Shown here one piece after another: positions 37,039-47,900 of a DNA stretch of 64,000 nt. Positions within the stretch are counted from its first letter, which is position 1. Every line of letters begins with the position of its first letter. Under the pieces are notes generated by a model that was not told the DNA's origin, did not search any database, and saw only the letters and a list, made by a program, of their open reading frames with translations. The translations under genes were made by a program, and so were the position numbers. Source of the DNA: an uncultured Chitinophagales bacterium (GTDB lineage: Bacteria; Bacteroidota; Ignavibacteria; UBA10030; UBA6906); NCBI GenBank assembly GCA_964495695.1, contig CAZBWR010000007.1, positions 6,149-70,148 on the forward strand, given 5' to 3'.

Positions 37039-38028
37039 TTACCCCTTGAGTACAAATTGTTTAGCGGCCTTGAGGACTTGCGGTTTGAGCTCGCTAAGTG
37101 ATATGCCCCGTTGTCGCGCACCGGCTGCATTCTTGTGGCCTCCCCCTCCATACATTGCGGCGAGTTCATTGATTGGAATATCTCCCTTTGAGCGAAAGCT
37201 CATCTTCATGCCGTCGGGCATTTCGAGAAAGAGAATTCCGGCAACGACGCCGGCAATACTCATCGGATACACTGTGAAGTTGTCAGTATCCTCTTCGGCA
37301 GTTCCAGTCCGTTCAAGACTCTCACGTGTAATAGTGATGTGTGCGAGCAGCCCGTTGTACTCAGTCTTGAGTGTTGCAAGCGCTTCGCCCAGCAATTGCA
37401 CACGTCCGGCGGACCATTGTTCATATACTTCCTGGTAGATCCTGACGGGATCGGCGCCGCATTCGATCAAGTGTGCGACGATACGGTGAATTTCTGCATC
37501 CACGCGGGGATACCGGAATGATCCTGTGTCCGTCACGATTGCACAGTAAAGAGCCTGCGCTATAACGGGCGAGATGCCCTTGTCGATGTGCATGAGAAGA
37601 CGATAAACAATTTCTCCCGTGGATGTCGCATCGTCATCAATCAAATAATGAGAGGCGAATGGCTGGGGGTTCAAATGATGGTCGATACACAGCTTGATGG
37701 CAGCGCTTTTCTGCAAGTGCGGCTCAAGCGATCGTACTCGGTCAGTCTGGTTTGTGTCAAGGACAATAATTACCTGAGCGCGTGCCAGAAGTCCGGCGTC
37801 TTCAGACTCGACAAACTGCTTGATGCGTTTCGACGGATCGAGAAATTGATAGAAGTAGGGGGTGGGGCTGTAGTTGAGGGTTGCGACCTGCTTGCCGTGA
37901 CCGGCAAGCCACTCCGCCAGTGCGACTTCAGATCCAAGTCCATCACCATCCGGGCTGACGTGGGTTGTGAGAACGAACGAATGATGGTTCAGAAGAACGT
38001 CAGCTACTGCCTCGAGGGAATTGGACAT
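37039..38028 (-). CDS. nrnA: DHH/DHHA1 phosphoesterase, NrnA-type oligoribonuclease/pAp phosphatase
   Basis: THVSPDGDGLGS, the DHH box (IDHHLN) and the DHHA1 motif GGGHKNAAG are present. Confidence 0.85.
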   Translation of the reverse strand: MSNSLEAVADVLLNHHSFVLTTHVSPDGDGLGSEVALAEWLAGHGKQVATLNYSPTPYFYQFLDPSKRIKQFVESEDAGLLARAQVIIVLDTNQTDRVRSLEPHLQKSAAIKLCIDHHLNPQPFASHYLIDDDATSTGEIVYRLLMHIDKGISPVIAQALYCAIVTDTGSFRYPRVDAEIHRIVAHLIECGADPVRIYQEVYEQWSAGRVQLLGEALATLKTEYNGLLAHITITRESLERTGTAEEDTDNFTVYPMSIAGVVAGILFLEMPDGMKMSFRSKGDIPINELAAMYGGGGHKNAAGARQRGISLSELKPQVLKAAKQFVLKG

Positions 38029-38084
38029 TCGTTACTATGGGTCTTTTCGCATGATTTTCAAAGAATATAACCAATGCAGGGACA

Positions 38085-38111
38085 ACAAAAAAGGGAGGCC
38101 TGACGCCTCCC
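38085..38111 (-). terminator. Rho-independent terminator after korB
   Basis: The minus strand reads GGGAGGC-gtcag-GCCTCCC followed by TTTTTTG, 22 nt after the korB stop. Confidence 0.8.
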
Positions 38112-38132
38112 TTGTATGGCATTGCAATCGTA

Positions 38133-39167
38133 TTACTGAATAGTCCAGGTTTCGTCGCCGTCCAGGAGTGCCTGAAGGTCGCCCTCACCTCTCTTGGATT
38201 TGGATTTTGCTATCTGCTGTTCCATTCCAAACTCATACGTCGGGCGATTCAACGCCAGAAACACTCCCATTGGTCTGGGAAGTTCAGGGTTGTGGATCAT
38301 GTTGGCGAGAATAAACGCGAGCGTCGAGTCCTTTTCGTTGTGAACCAGTAGATCACTTGCCGAGTGCTGCCCATCGGTCAGGCTTACAACTTCCGGTGTA
38401 AAGCCGTTCAGTCGGACTCCTTTGTCCTTTGCTTTACCGAAGATCAATGGTTTCTCATGTTCAAGGTAGACGATGTTTTCGTCCTTTGTTTCCTTCTCCG
38501 TGAAGTGGAAGAAGGCACCATCGTTGAACACGTTGCAGTTCTGGTAGATTTCCAGAAATGCCGAGCCATGATGTTCCTCCGCGCGGCGGACCATTGATTG
38601 GAGATGTTTCGGGTCCCGATCCATCGTCCGGGCGACAAACGTGGCACTTGCGCCAAGAGCGAGCGAAACGGGAATAAACGGATAGTCAATAACCCCTTCC
38701 GGCGTGGATTTCGTAACCTGTCCCAAAACCGAGGTCGGGGAGAACTGTCCCTTTGTAAGCCCATAGATCTGGTTGTTGAAAAGGAGAACTTTGATATCGA
38801 GATTGCGGCGTAACATGTGGATCATATGGTTGCCGCCGATGCTAAGTCCGTCACCATCGCCGGTTGCAACCCACACGTCGAGCTTGGGGTTTGCGAGCTT
38901 CACACCCGAGGCAATCGCCGGAGCCCGTCCGTGGATGCCATGGATCCCGTAGAGGTTCATATAGTACGGGAACCGGCTTGAGCATCCGATTCCGGAAACT
39001 GCGACAATGTTCTCTTTGGGCTGTGAAAACTCGGGGAACACGCGTTGTACTTGCGCGAGAATAGAGTAGTCTCCGCAGCCCGGGCACCACCGGACGTCCT
39101 GATCGGACTGGAAGTCCTTGATTGTCAACTTCGCAGGTGCCTTATCTTGCGTTATGGTCTCAGGCAT
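38133..39167 (-). CDS. korB: 2-oxoglutarate:ferredoxin oxidoreductase beta subunit (TPP-binding)
   Basis: RWCPGCGDY and the TPP motif TGDGDGLSIGGNH are present. I prefer the ATG at 39167 (MPETITQDK), which gives an 8-nt overlap with korA. Confidence 0.9.
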   Translation of the reverse strand: MPETITQDKAPAKLTIKDFQSDQDVRWCPGCGDYSILAQVQRVFPEFSQPKENIVAVSGIGCSSRFPYYMNLYGIHGIHGRAPAIASGVKLANPKLDVWVATGDGDGLSIGGNHMIHMLRRNLDIKVLLFNNQIYGLTKGQFSPTSVLGQVTKSTPEGVIDYPFIPVSLALGASATFVARTMDRDPKHLQSMVRRAEEHHGSAFLEIYQNCNVFNDGAFFHFTEKETKDENIVYLEHEKPLIFGKAKDKGVRLNGFTPEVVSLTDGQHSASDLLVHNEKDSTLAFILANMIHNPELPRPMGVFLALNRPTYEFGMEQQIAKSKSKRGEGDLQALLDGDETWTIQ

Positions 39168-41004
39168 TCTTGCCTCCAAGGATTGAGTAGATCTGTTCTT
39201 CAATTTCTTCCGACCGGAGCGGGAGTCCTTTGATTACGTTGAACCCGACTGCTGGCACGAGGTACTTTGCCCTGATCAGTTTGATAAGCTGGCCGTTATT
39301 GATTTCCGGTACAAGCACATGCTTGAACTTGTAGAGGATCTCTCCGAGGTTCTTCGGGAACGGATTGATGTAGCGAAGGTGCGCATGTGAGACCGAGTGT
39401 CCTTTTGCGCGCGCTTCCTTGACCGCAGCGCTAATGGAGCCGTAAGTGCCACCCCATCCCAAAACAAGCAGATCGCCTTCAGCGTCACCCTCGATGGTTT
39501 GGTCGGGGATATCGTTTGCGATCCGCTCGATCTTTTCGGCCCTCATCTTTATCATGAAATCATGATTGTCGGGGTCATAGTTGATGTTGCCGGTAATGTG
39601 CTCCTTCTCGAGTCCGCCAATACGGTGTTCGAGCCCTGGCGTTCCGGGGATCGCCCAAGGTCGGGCCAGCGTCTGCTCGTCGCGGGCGTAAGGTTGGAAC
39701 GTAGTTGGGTCGGTCGCGAACTTCACCGGGATTTCCGGCAAGTCAGCGACGTTCGGAATCTTCCATGGCTCGGCTCCGTTCGCGACATATCCGTCCGTGA
39801 GGCAGATGACGGGTGTCATGAACTTGACAGCGATGCGCGACGCCTCATAGGCAGTATCGAAGCAGTCTGCAGGAGTTGATGCTGCAATGACGCAGAGCGG
39901 GGCTTCGCTGTTGCGGCCCAACACAGCCTGCAGCAAATCGGCTTGTTCCGTCTTCGTCGGCAATCCTGTGCTTGGGCCGCCTCGCTGAACGTCGATGATC
40001 ACAAGGGGAAGCTCGAGCATAATTGCCAGACCGATTGCCTCGGTCTTCAACGCCATACCGGGTCCGCTGGTGGATGTAGCTCCGAGTGCCCCTGCATACG
40101 ACCCGCCAATTGCTGCGCAGATGGCTGCAATTTCATCTTCCGCCTGGAACGTCTTGACATTGAAATTCTTCAGCCGGGAGAGTTCGTGCAGAATATCACT
40201 GGCAGGCGTAATGGGATAACTGCCGAGGAAGAGCTGCAAGCCCGCTTTTTGAGCGGCAGCTGCAAGTCCGAGCGCTGATGCAGTGTTTCCCATGATGTTC
40301 CTGTACTTTCCGGGGGGGAGCTTTGCGGGCTTCACCTCATATCGCGTGGTGAAGATCTCCACGGTATCGCCGTAATTGTATCCGGCTTTCAGGACCCGAA
40401 GGTTGGCTTCCGCCACCTGGGCATCCTTCTCGCCGAATTTTTCCTGAATGAACTTTACCGATACGTCGATCGGACGGTTGTACATCCAATACATTAGTCC
40501 CAAAGCGAAGAAGTTCTTTGACTTGTCGATGAACTTCGTCGAGAGGTTCATGTCGGAAAGGGCGTTTGCCGTCATCTTGCTGATCGGCACGCGGAAAACC
40601 TGAAAGCGTGACAGTGTTCCGTCCTCCAGCGGATTGCTGGTGATGCCTGCAAGTTTGAAGTTTCTATCGGTGAAAGAATCCTCGTTAACGATGACGGTCC
40701 CGCCCTTGCGAAGGATTTTGATATTGGTGACGAGCGCGGCGGGATTCATTGCTACCAGGACATCACATGTGTCGCCTGGTGTGAGAATGTCGCGGCTGCC
40801 GAAGCGTATCTGGAATCCGCTTACACCATAGGTCGTGCCTGCCGGGGCGCGGATTTCAGCCGGATAGTCGGGGAGCGTGCTCAGGTCGTTGCCGAGAACG
40901 GCTGCAGTGTTGGTGAACTGCGTGCCTGTCAACTGCATACCATCTCCGGAGTCGCCCGCGAACCTGATTGTTACATCTTCAAGTGTCTTGATTGTGCGTT
41001 CCAT
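39160..41004 (-). CDS. korA: 2-oxoglutarate:ferredoxin oxidoreductase alpha subunit (fused gamma+alpha)
   Basis: 614 aa with N-terminal IRFAGDSGDGMQLTG and the central GSYPITPASDILHEL. Confidence 0.9.
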   Translation of the reverse strand: MERTIKTLEDVTIRFAGDSGDGMQLTGTQFTNTAAVLGNDLSTLPDYPAEIRAPAGTTYGVSGFQIRFGSRDILTPGDTCDVLVAMNPAALVTNIKILRKGGTVIVNEDSFTDRNFKLAGITSNPLEDGTLSRFQVFRVPISKMTANALSDMNLSTKFIDKSKNFFALGLMYWMYNRPIDVSVKFIQEKFGEKDAQVAEANLRVLKAGYNYGDTVEIFTTRYEVKPAKLPPGKYRNIMGNTASALGLAAAAQKAGLQLFLGSYPITPASDILHELSRLKNFNVKTFQAEDEIAAICAAIGGSYAGALGATSTSGPGMALKTEAIGLAIMLELPLVIIDVQRGGPSTGLPTKTEQADLLQAVLGRNSEAPLCVIAASTPADCFDTAYEASRIAVKFMTPVICLTDGYVANGAEPWKIPNVADLPEIPVKFATDPTTFQPYARDEQTLARPWAIPGTPGLEHRIGGLEKEHITGNINYDPDNHDFMIKMRAEKIERIANDIPDQTIEGDAEGDLLVLGWGGTYGSISAAVKEARAKGHSVSHAHLRYINPFPKNLGEILYKFKHVLVPEINNGQLIKLIRAKYLVPAVGFNVIKGLPLRSEEIEEQIYSILGGKNA

Positions 41005-41143
41005 ACTCCATCTCTACAAAATGTTGGCAAAAAAAAATCGATCCTTCCTGATTGATGGAGATCGATTTACGAGAATGTCAAACTGTTCAATTATGCAACA
41101 GTACATGATCTAAAATACCCTGTTTGTTGAGCAAAGTCAAGCA

Positions 41144-41180
41144 GTATACAGCAACGCCCGCCCGGACTCTCCGGACGGGC
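41144..41180 (-). terminator. stem-loop immediately downstream of rplI (non-canonical terminator candidate)
   Basis: ACGCCCGCCCGG / CCGGACGGGCGT form a 12-bp stem with one mismatch, starting 10 nt after the rplI stop. The clean T-run is on the plus strand only, so its function on the minus strand is uncertain. Confidence 0.35.
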
Positions 41181-41189
41181 GTTCTGTTT

Positions 41190-41633
41190 TTACTCGCTTA
41201 CGACCCAGACTTTGATGATACCCGTCACGCTGGCGGGGAGCTTTACGTTCACATTGTAAATCCCCAAAGCCTTGATCGGTTCATCAAGTTCGATGCTCCT
41301 CTTGTCGAGTTCGAAGCCTTTTTCCTTCAACGAATCGGCTATCATTTGTGAGGTAACCGACCCGAAGAGCTTCTCGTCTTCCCCGACCTTCATTTGGATG
41401 GTGAGGGAGATCTTCTCGAGCTCGGCTGCGAGGTTGTGGCTCGACTTGAGTTCCTTGGATTTGCGGCGTTCTGCCTGCTTCTTCTCCTCTTCAAGCCTTG
41501 TTATTGCCCCTTCTGTTGCGGTGTAGGCAATATTTCTCGGGATGAGGAAGTTGCGGGCGTATCCGTCTTTGACATCGACAACATCTCCGATGGTGCCGAG
41601 TTTTTCGTGTTCTTTACGTAGTATGACTTTCAT
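41190..41633 (-). CDS. rplI: 50S ribosomal protein L9
   Basis: The protein starts MKVILRKEHEKLGTIGDVVDVKDGYARNFLIP. Confidence 0.95.
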   Translation of the reverse strand: MKVILRKEHEKLGTIGDVVDVKDGYARNFLIPRNIAYTATEGAITRLEEEKKQAERRKSKELKSSHNLAAELEKISLTIQMKVGEDEKLFGSVTSQMIADSLKEKGFELDKRSIELDEPIKALGIYNVNVKLPASVTGIIKVWVVSE

Positions 41634-41645
41634 GGCATGTTCTCC

Positions 41646-41912
41646 TTATCGTACCGCATCCGAGACGAAAGGAAGCAGCGCCAGATGCCGTGCACGTTTG
41701 ATGGCGGTGACCAGCTGGCGCTGGTGTTTTGCACACGTGCCGGTGATTCGCTTGGGAATAATCTTTCCCTGCTCGGTGACGAACCGCTGGAGCTTCTTTT
41801 CGTCCTTGTAGTCAATGTAGATTTCCTTGGCGTCGCAGAACTTGCAGGTGCGCTTTTTGCGCATGGCCTGGTTGTCGCGTTCGCGGCGAGATTTGCGTTG
41901 CATGATACTCAC
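41646..41912 (-). CDS. rpsR: 30S ribosomal protein S18
   Basis: [15 protein letters not shown]...[27 protein letters not shown] is present. Confidence 0.95.
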   Translation of the reverse strand: MSIMQRKSRRERDNQAMRKKRTCKFCDAKEIYIDYKDEKKLQRFVTEQGKIIPKRITGTCAKHQRQLVTAIKRARHLALLPFVSDAVR

Positions 41913-41945
41913 GGGAATTCTCCTTTACTCTCTGTGGTGTTTGGA

Positions 41946-42371
41946 TTATTGCTTGTCGTCCGACTCGGTGAACAGGGGCTCGCGGGCCGGAACCGGCGCC
42001 GGTGCCTGCTCTTGTTCCACAGCGGCTGCCGCGGCTGCTGCTGCAGCCAGAGCGTTCTTCTTGGCAGCGAGCGCTTTGGCCTCGAGAGCGATCGTCAGGT
42101 AGCGGAGAATCATTTCATCAAGCTGGTACGAACGTTCGAGCACCGCAATCGTCGGCGTAGGTGCCGTGAACTCGTAGTTCACGTAGAAGCCGTTCGTCTT
42201 CTTGTTGATGGGATAGGCAAGACGCTTGCGCCCCCATTTGTTGGTGGCGGCAATAGTGCCGCCGTTCTTTGTTATCGTCTCCGTGATGCGCGTGATGACC
42301 CCTTCAATCTGGGCATCATCAAGCGACGCGTTGATGATAACAGTGGACTCGTATGTACGATGTTGGTCCAT
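41946..42371 (-). CDS. rpsF: 30S ribosomal protein S6 with Ala-rich/acidic C-terminal tail
   Basis: RTYESTVIINASL...WGRKRLAYPI is present. I prefer the ATG at 42371 because AGGGAGG lies 7 nt upstream. Confidence 0.9.
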   Translation of the reverse strand: MDQHRTYESTVIINASLDDAQIEGVITRITETITKNGGTIAATNKWGRKRLAYPINKKTNGFYVNYEFTAPTPTIAVLERSYQLDEMILRYLTIALEAKALAAKKNALAAAAAAAAAVEQEQAPAPVPAREPLFTESDDKQ

Positions 42372-42525
42372 GATGTTACCTCCCTTTGGACATTCTAAGT
42401 GCCCGCTTGGCGGGCGTTGTTTAGATTGACCCTCCGGCATTCATCGGGTGATGATCCGGAGAGTAGAGGGGTAGCCTTCTCATGAGAGGAAGGTACCACA
42501 CTGTTTTTGCGCACTCGCAGGAGTG

Positions 42526-43095
42526 CTATGTATTGAATTCATTCATTGCCCGGGACGGACCCGAGCGTACAATGGTTTCGAGAGCGTCCGCCGCCCGCTT
42601 TGTCATCTGCTCCACAATCCCCCATTCTTCTTTCTCGAAAGGGGAGAGAACGAACTCCGACATGCTGCGTGGGGGAACTCCGTGCCCGATGCCGCAGCGT
42701 ATGCGGGTAAATTCTATGGTGTTGAGATGGTAGATGACTGACCGCAGGCCGTTGTGCCCGCCATCCGTTCCTTTCATCCTGATCCGGATCGTGCCGGTCT
42801 TGAACGCAAGGTCATCGACCACAACAATAAGGTTCCGCAACGGTACCTGAAAAAACTCCATCGCCCCGTGTACTGCATAGCCGCTGTTGTTCATATATGT
42901 CAGCGGCTTCAACAAGATCACATCTGCATCATCGGATACATACCGGCTGTACAGGTACTCTCCTTTGCCCGGCTTCCATGCTGCATTGTGCCGGACACTC
43001 AATTCTTCAACTACATGAAAGCCTGCATTGTGCCGGGTGTTCTCATACTCGTACCCGGGATTTCCCAAACCGGCGATGAGAAATGGCTCTGCCAC
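42526..43095 (-). CDS. pth: peptidyl-tRNA hydrolase
   Basis: IAGLGNPGYEYENTRHNAGF and GHNGLRS are present. Confidence 0.95.
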   Translation of the reverse strand: MAEPFLIAGLGNPGYEYENTRHNAGFHVVEELSVRHNAAWKPGKGEYLYSRYVSDDADVILLKPLTYMNNSGYAVHGAMEFFQVPLRNLIVVVDDLAFKTGTIRIRMKGTDGGHNGLRSVIYHLNTIEFTRIRCGIGHGVPPRSMSEFVLSPFEKEEWGIVEQMTKRAADALETIVRSGPSRAMNEFNT

Positions 43096-43104
43096 CCGAT
43101 TGCG

Positions 43105-43758
43105 TTACTTCTCTTCGCCTGCTTCGCCTTCTTCAGCCTTCTTGCCCTTGCCAACAACTTCGGGCTCTTTCGGGGCTTCTGCTTCCTCGGCGGCCGGTGT
43201 TACCTCCTTCTGGACTGTAGGCGGCAATACTGCTACGATTGAATCCTCGGGGTTAGCGAGAATTGTCACGTTCGGCAGACTTATCTCGCCTACGTGAACA
43301 GACCGGTTCATTGCCAGCTCAGCGACGTTGATTTCAATCTTCCCGGGAATATCCTTTGGGAGGCACGAGACCTGCAGCTTGTGGAGAATGTGCTGCAACA
43401 TACCCCCCTCACGAACTCCAATCGGCGTTCCACCGGTGAGCACGACCGGAATTTCAAGTGTAATCTCTTCATCTTCGCGTAGGCCCTGAACATCGAAATG
43501 AATCGGGCGGTCCGTGAGAGGGTCGAATTGAACGTTGCGAAGAATTGCCTTCTTCGTCGTTTCACCGAATTTCAGGTTGATGACGTGCGTCTCGGAGGTG
43601 TAGATGAGCGGGTTGAGCGCGAGTCTCGGAACCTGCAAGTTGATATTCTCCTCTCCGTGGGCATAGAACACGCCGGGGATTTTCTCTTCCCTGCGGATAC
43701 TCTTGGCGCGTTTTCCGGTGGCTGTCCGGACTTCGGCGTTTAGAACAATTTCTGACAT
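43105..43758 (-). CDS. rplY: 50S ribosomal protein L25/general stress protein Ctc
   Basis: LNAEVRTATGKRAKSIRREEKIPGVFY and an acidic C-terminal tail are present. The gene sits in the conserved prs-ctc-pth order. Confidence 0.9.
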   Translation of the reverse strand: MSEIVLNAEVRTATGKRAKSIRREEKIPGVFYAHGEENINLQVPRLALNPLIYTSETHVINLKFGETTKKAILRNVQFDPLTDRPIHFDVQGLREDEEITLEIPVVLTGGTPIGVREGGMLQHILHKLQVSCLPKDIPGKIEINVAELAMNRSVHVGEISLPNVTILANPEDSIVAVLPPTVQKEVTPAAEEAEAPKEPEVVGKGKKAEEGEAGEEK

Positions 43759-43806
43759 TGTCTTCCCTTACAAAAAGATACACATAGTGTAATTACAATC
43801 GTAGCG

Positions 43807-44748
43807 TCACCCCTTGTCGATATCGAACAGCGAGCTGATCGACCTGTGCTTGAATGTTCTCTTGATAGCCTCAGCGAAAATCTGGGCGATCGATTCAACC
43901 TCAAGTTTCGGGGATCCGACTTTCAGCGGCAACGTATCCGTTACCACCATCTTCTTCAATTTCGAGTTGTTAATGCGGTCAACAGCGCTCCCTGAAAGCA
44001 CAGGGTGGGTTGCCGCCGCGTATACTTCTTTTGCACCCGCCCTCAAGAGGGCATCAACTGCGTTGACCAGCGTCCCCGCCGTGTCAACAAGATCATCGAC
44101 GATAAGGATGTTCTTTCCTTTCACCTCGCCGATGATGTTCATGACCTCGGCAACATTCTGCTTCGGCCGCCTTTTGTCAATCAGCACAAGTTCGGCTTCG
44201 AGGCGTTTTGCATATGCCCGCGCCATCTTTATTCCACCGACATCGGGCGAAGCAACCGCCAGATCGGGAATCGGGTTGTCCTTGAAGTGCTTTACCAGGA
44301 CCGCCGACGAGTACAAATGATCAACCGGAATATCGAAGAATCCCTGTATCTGCGGAGCGTGAAGATCCATCGTAATCACTCTATCCGCTCCGGCGATGGT
44401 GACCAGGTTCGCAACGAGCTTTGCCGTGATTGAAACACGCGGCTGATCTTTGCGGTCCTGCCGGGCATATCCAAAGTACGGAATCACGGCAGCGACTTTT
44501 CTTGCCGATGCCCGCTTCGCAGCATCGATCATGATCAGCAGCTCAAGCAGATTCTCGGCGGGGGGTTCTGTGGACTGGATGATGAACACATCGCTTCCGC
44601 GAATGTTTTCGCTGTACTTCACCCACATCTCACCATCGCTAAAGTTCTTGATCTCACAGGAACCCAGCGGTTTGCCCAGCTCTGCCGCGATGCGTTCAGC
44701 CAGAGGACGATTTGCACGTCCCGAGAAAACCTTAAGATCGCTAGACAT
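43807..44748 (-). CDS. prs: ribose-phosphate pyrophosphokinase
   Basis: VIPYFGYARQDRK and the PRPP loop ILIVDDLVDTAGT are present. Confidence 0.95.
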   Translation of the reverse strand: MSSDLKVFSGRANRPLAERIAAELGKPLGSCEIKNFSDGEMWVKYSENIRGSDVFIIQSTEPPAENLLELLIMIDAAKRASARKVAAVIPYFGYARQDRKDQPRVSITAKLVANLVTIAGADRVITMDLHAPQIQGFFDIPVDHLYSSAVLVKHFKDNPIPDLAVASPDVGGIKMARAYAKRLEAELVLIDKRRPKQNVAEVMNIIGEVKGKNILIVDDLVDTAGTLVNAVDALLRAGAKEVYAAATHPVLSGSAVDRINNSKLKKMVVTDTLPLKVGSPKLEVESIAQIFAEAIKRTFKHRSISSLFDIDKG

Positions 44749-44892
44749 TCGGGTTGTTCTTTCTTTCTGGATGATGCGACAGGGGGGACCCCACAGCAGA
44801 ATCCGATCTTTTAATGCCCGAAAAGATACGGAAAATGGGTGTGGACTGCAAGGCGGATGTTTATCCCGGCTATATAATTAAGCGAAATTCAC

Positions 44893-44918
44893 AAAACGGG
44901 GGAGTGCTCCCCCGTTTT
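44893..44918 (-). terminator. Rho-independent terminator after the M14 peptidase gene
   Basis: AAAACGGGGGA-gtgc-TCCCCCGTTTT is a perfect 11-bp palindromic stem including A/T runs, 15 nt after the stop. Confidence 0.8.
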
Positions 44919-44932
44919 ACGTTTCCAACTCG

Positions 44933-47900
44933 CTATTTCAACAAAACGAACTTTCGCGTTGCAATAAACTGTCCCGCATGAAGTGTATAGAGATATACCC
45001 CACTTGCAAGATTGTGACGTTCCTTGCCGACCACGACCGAGTGTTGCCCTGCTTCGAGTGTGCCGTTCAGCACTGTCGCTATTTCTTGCCCGAGAATACT
45101 GAAGATTCTCAGGGAAACCGGCGTTGTTTCCGGAAGGTCGAATGAAATCCTGGTTTCAGGGTTAAAGGGATTTGGATAGTTCTGATACAGCCGGAATGCT
45201 GACGGCAGTTCTCCTTCGGAATGTACTGATGTAACACGGCGAACATGGAGATTTACACCAACCGGTACAAGGTTCGAAACGGGGTCATTGTTCAGTATTG
45301 CGATTTGCGCCCTGTAGGTAGTGTCCGTGCGCAGCCCGGTGGAATTGAGTCGCAGGGTGAGGATTGATGACAGTCCTGGATCGACAACACCTGCGATGGG
45401 TGCCAGTGAAAGCCATGTGTTGCGCGCGGAGTCGACCGCGGCAAAATTCAGTGTTCCCGCTCCCAGATTTCGAATAGTGATGAAATGGGACGAGCTGTCC
45501 CCGACAACGAGTGTGTCACTCAGAAGCACGGGTGTAACCTGGATTATTGGCGCTGCTGGATTAGAAACGCTCATCGTAACCGGAACCATCTGCGTTTGAC
45601 GGCCCGGCGATTTCAGCAGAACAGCCCCGCGATACGTACCGGCAGTTTTCGCAGCAAGTGCACGCACCGCGACGTTCACCGAATCGTTCGCGGGAACGAC
45701 GATACTCCGTGGAATTTGCGAGAGCCAGGACACACCGGTTTCGCCCCCAATGTTGCCATGTCCGATTGCCGGAGCAAAATCAGGCAAGGGATTTGCTCCG
45801 GGCGAAAGCCGTATTGCGGATGCGCCAAGATTCATTTTACCGTCAGGGTCATTAATCGTATTCGCGTTGACGCCGCCGAGTATGCTCTCAGTGCTGATAG
45901 TAAGAACACTGTCTCTCCGGATTGTCAGAAGAAATGGCGTCCCGAGAATTCTCAGAGTGTCAACGGTTGCGTCGATAACGGCCCCTGCAGGTATGCGCCC
46001 GATGCCGAGAAGTGAGTCCGCAAGCAGACCGCTGCCGTCAAGCAGTATCTCACGCTCGGAGCCGATATCTCTCGTCGTCGGCCCGATGCCGAGTGGCGTC
46101 GGAAATGCTCCGGTGGCAAAGTCCTGGTCGGTGTCGAGGGAAATTGCTACAAGAACATTCGTATCAGGAATGTCAGCCATCACAACCTGAAAATCATGGA
46201 ATGAACCGAGGACGGATGTTCTGAATTGATAGCGAACTCTATAGACATCCGCCGAGCCCGCGCCATTTTCTCCGCGTTCGTCGGTGATCACCGTCGTATA
46301 AACTTCAGGATTATCAGACCGCTCCGCGTATCTGGCGCGCAACGCTTCGCCGTCGATGTTTGCAGCAGCGAAAGCGGGACGCAATTTTTGAATCAAAGAC
46401 GCGATCGAGAGATTGCCACCGCCGAGTATCTTGCTTGCCGGTCTCTCCGCCGATGTTGTGAGAGAATCCGACAAGGTGATCGTGATTGCCGAGGCTGTAC
46501 GGTTTCTGATTCTGATGGAATCTGCAAATACGCTGCCGGTTTGTCCGCTGAACACCAGCGCTGAGGGGGTTACAACGATGCTTGTGTCAAGCACAGGGGG
46601 ATCGCTGGTTGAATATGCCATGACACGGATGTCATCAACATAAAATCCATCACGCTGATCGCCACCATCCGCAGCCACGCGGAACCGCAGCCGAATGTTC
46701 CGGTTTACGTAGTTACTCAGATCGATATTCTGCTCGATCCACGCAAGGCCGGGTGTAAATCCGTCATATCCCCATGAGCCGGCAGGCTGAGCGGAGCCGG
46801 ACCGCGCCGAACCTTGTCGGGAGAGTTGCGAACGGAGGGAACTCCACGTCGTACCATTGTTCGTCGACACTTCGACTGTGGCGAAGTCCCACGTCGGTTC
46901 TAGAGCCCATTTCGTGAAGTAACGCAATTCGGCGAAATCGTATCCTGCAAGATTCAGTTGCGAATTCAATGTCAGTGAGTTATTGGCATTGGCGGAGTAG
47001 TTACCCGATGGGCTGTCGGTGAATGCATAAGGAGCGGAATATGCGTTGGTCGTAAGTCCCCAGCCGGTTCCGGTATTCCAGCGACCTGTGCCGTTTCCTG
47101 CGTTATCCGAAAGAAGCACCTCCGGCGTGCCGATGAAATAGGAGAGAGTGTCTGTTCGCTCAAAGCCGTCACTGTCACTGACTCTAATCAGGAATTGGAC
47201 GGGGATTCCTTCCCGTGAGTTTGGTGCAACTGTTCCCGTGAATGCCAGCGTAAATTCCTGACGCGGCGCGACCGAAACTGACTGTATTACCTGTCCCGTG
47301 AATTGGATTGATGAAACACTGCTTAGTGCTTGCACGGCGATGGCATTTCCACCCCCCACACCCTTGTTTCTCATTCTGACAGTGAGTGAGAAGGAATCGC
47401 CCCTGTTCAAATAACCGTCATTGTTTCCATCCTGAAGACTGCTGCCGGTTACTGTAACGTAATGCCCCGCGTAGTACGCCAGTAATTTGTTCGGATGAAC
47501 GTTCTCAATTGCGAGGGGGAATATCTCCTGGCGCGACGGCCAAAAGCCCGTTGACCCGACCTCGGGTGTCATCGCATATGTACGGTATTTGGTGGAGTCA
47601 CCATACATGTAATCATCCGAGTTGCCGCGAGTGGAGTAGTTCACGGTCTGCTGGTCTGTTCCGGAGGTATAGCGGTTCTCTCCGGTCATGTCGAACGCCC
47701 ATTCTCTATACAGCAGCGAGTCCGTGCTCTCGCGAGAAAGGTATCCGAACGGGTAGATCAGCAGGTTGCTGTAGGTGTGATAGTTGAAACATGTTCTGAT
47801 GTTGCGGGAACGCATGAATGCGTCGACTGCGCGGGTCTCTGGTTCGGAGAACGGCTCCGTGCCCCGGTATGTATCGCTGCTGGGGGATGTGCTCGAACCG

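Noticed and set aside
39253-39270. TGGCAC ... TTGC on the plus strand
   Set aside because: The spacer is 8 nt, not the required 5 nt. The site is inside and antisense to korA coding sequence, so it is not a sigma-54 promoter.
42020-42050. GC-rich simple repeat gcggctgccgcggctgctgctgcagcc
   Set aside because: It encodes the poly-Ala stretch in the C-terminal tail of ribosomal protein S6. It is a low-complexity coding repeat and not a CRISPR, VNTR or regulatory element.
41637-42398. 253-aa plus-strand ORF
   Set aside because: It is antisense to rpsR and rpsF, and its composition is Arg/Leu/Gly-rich.
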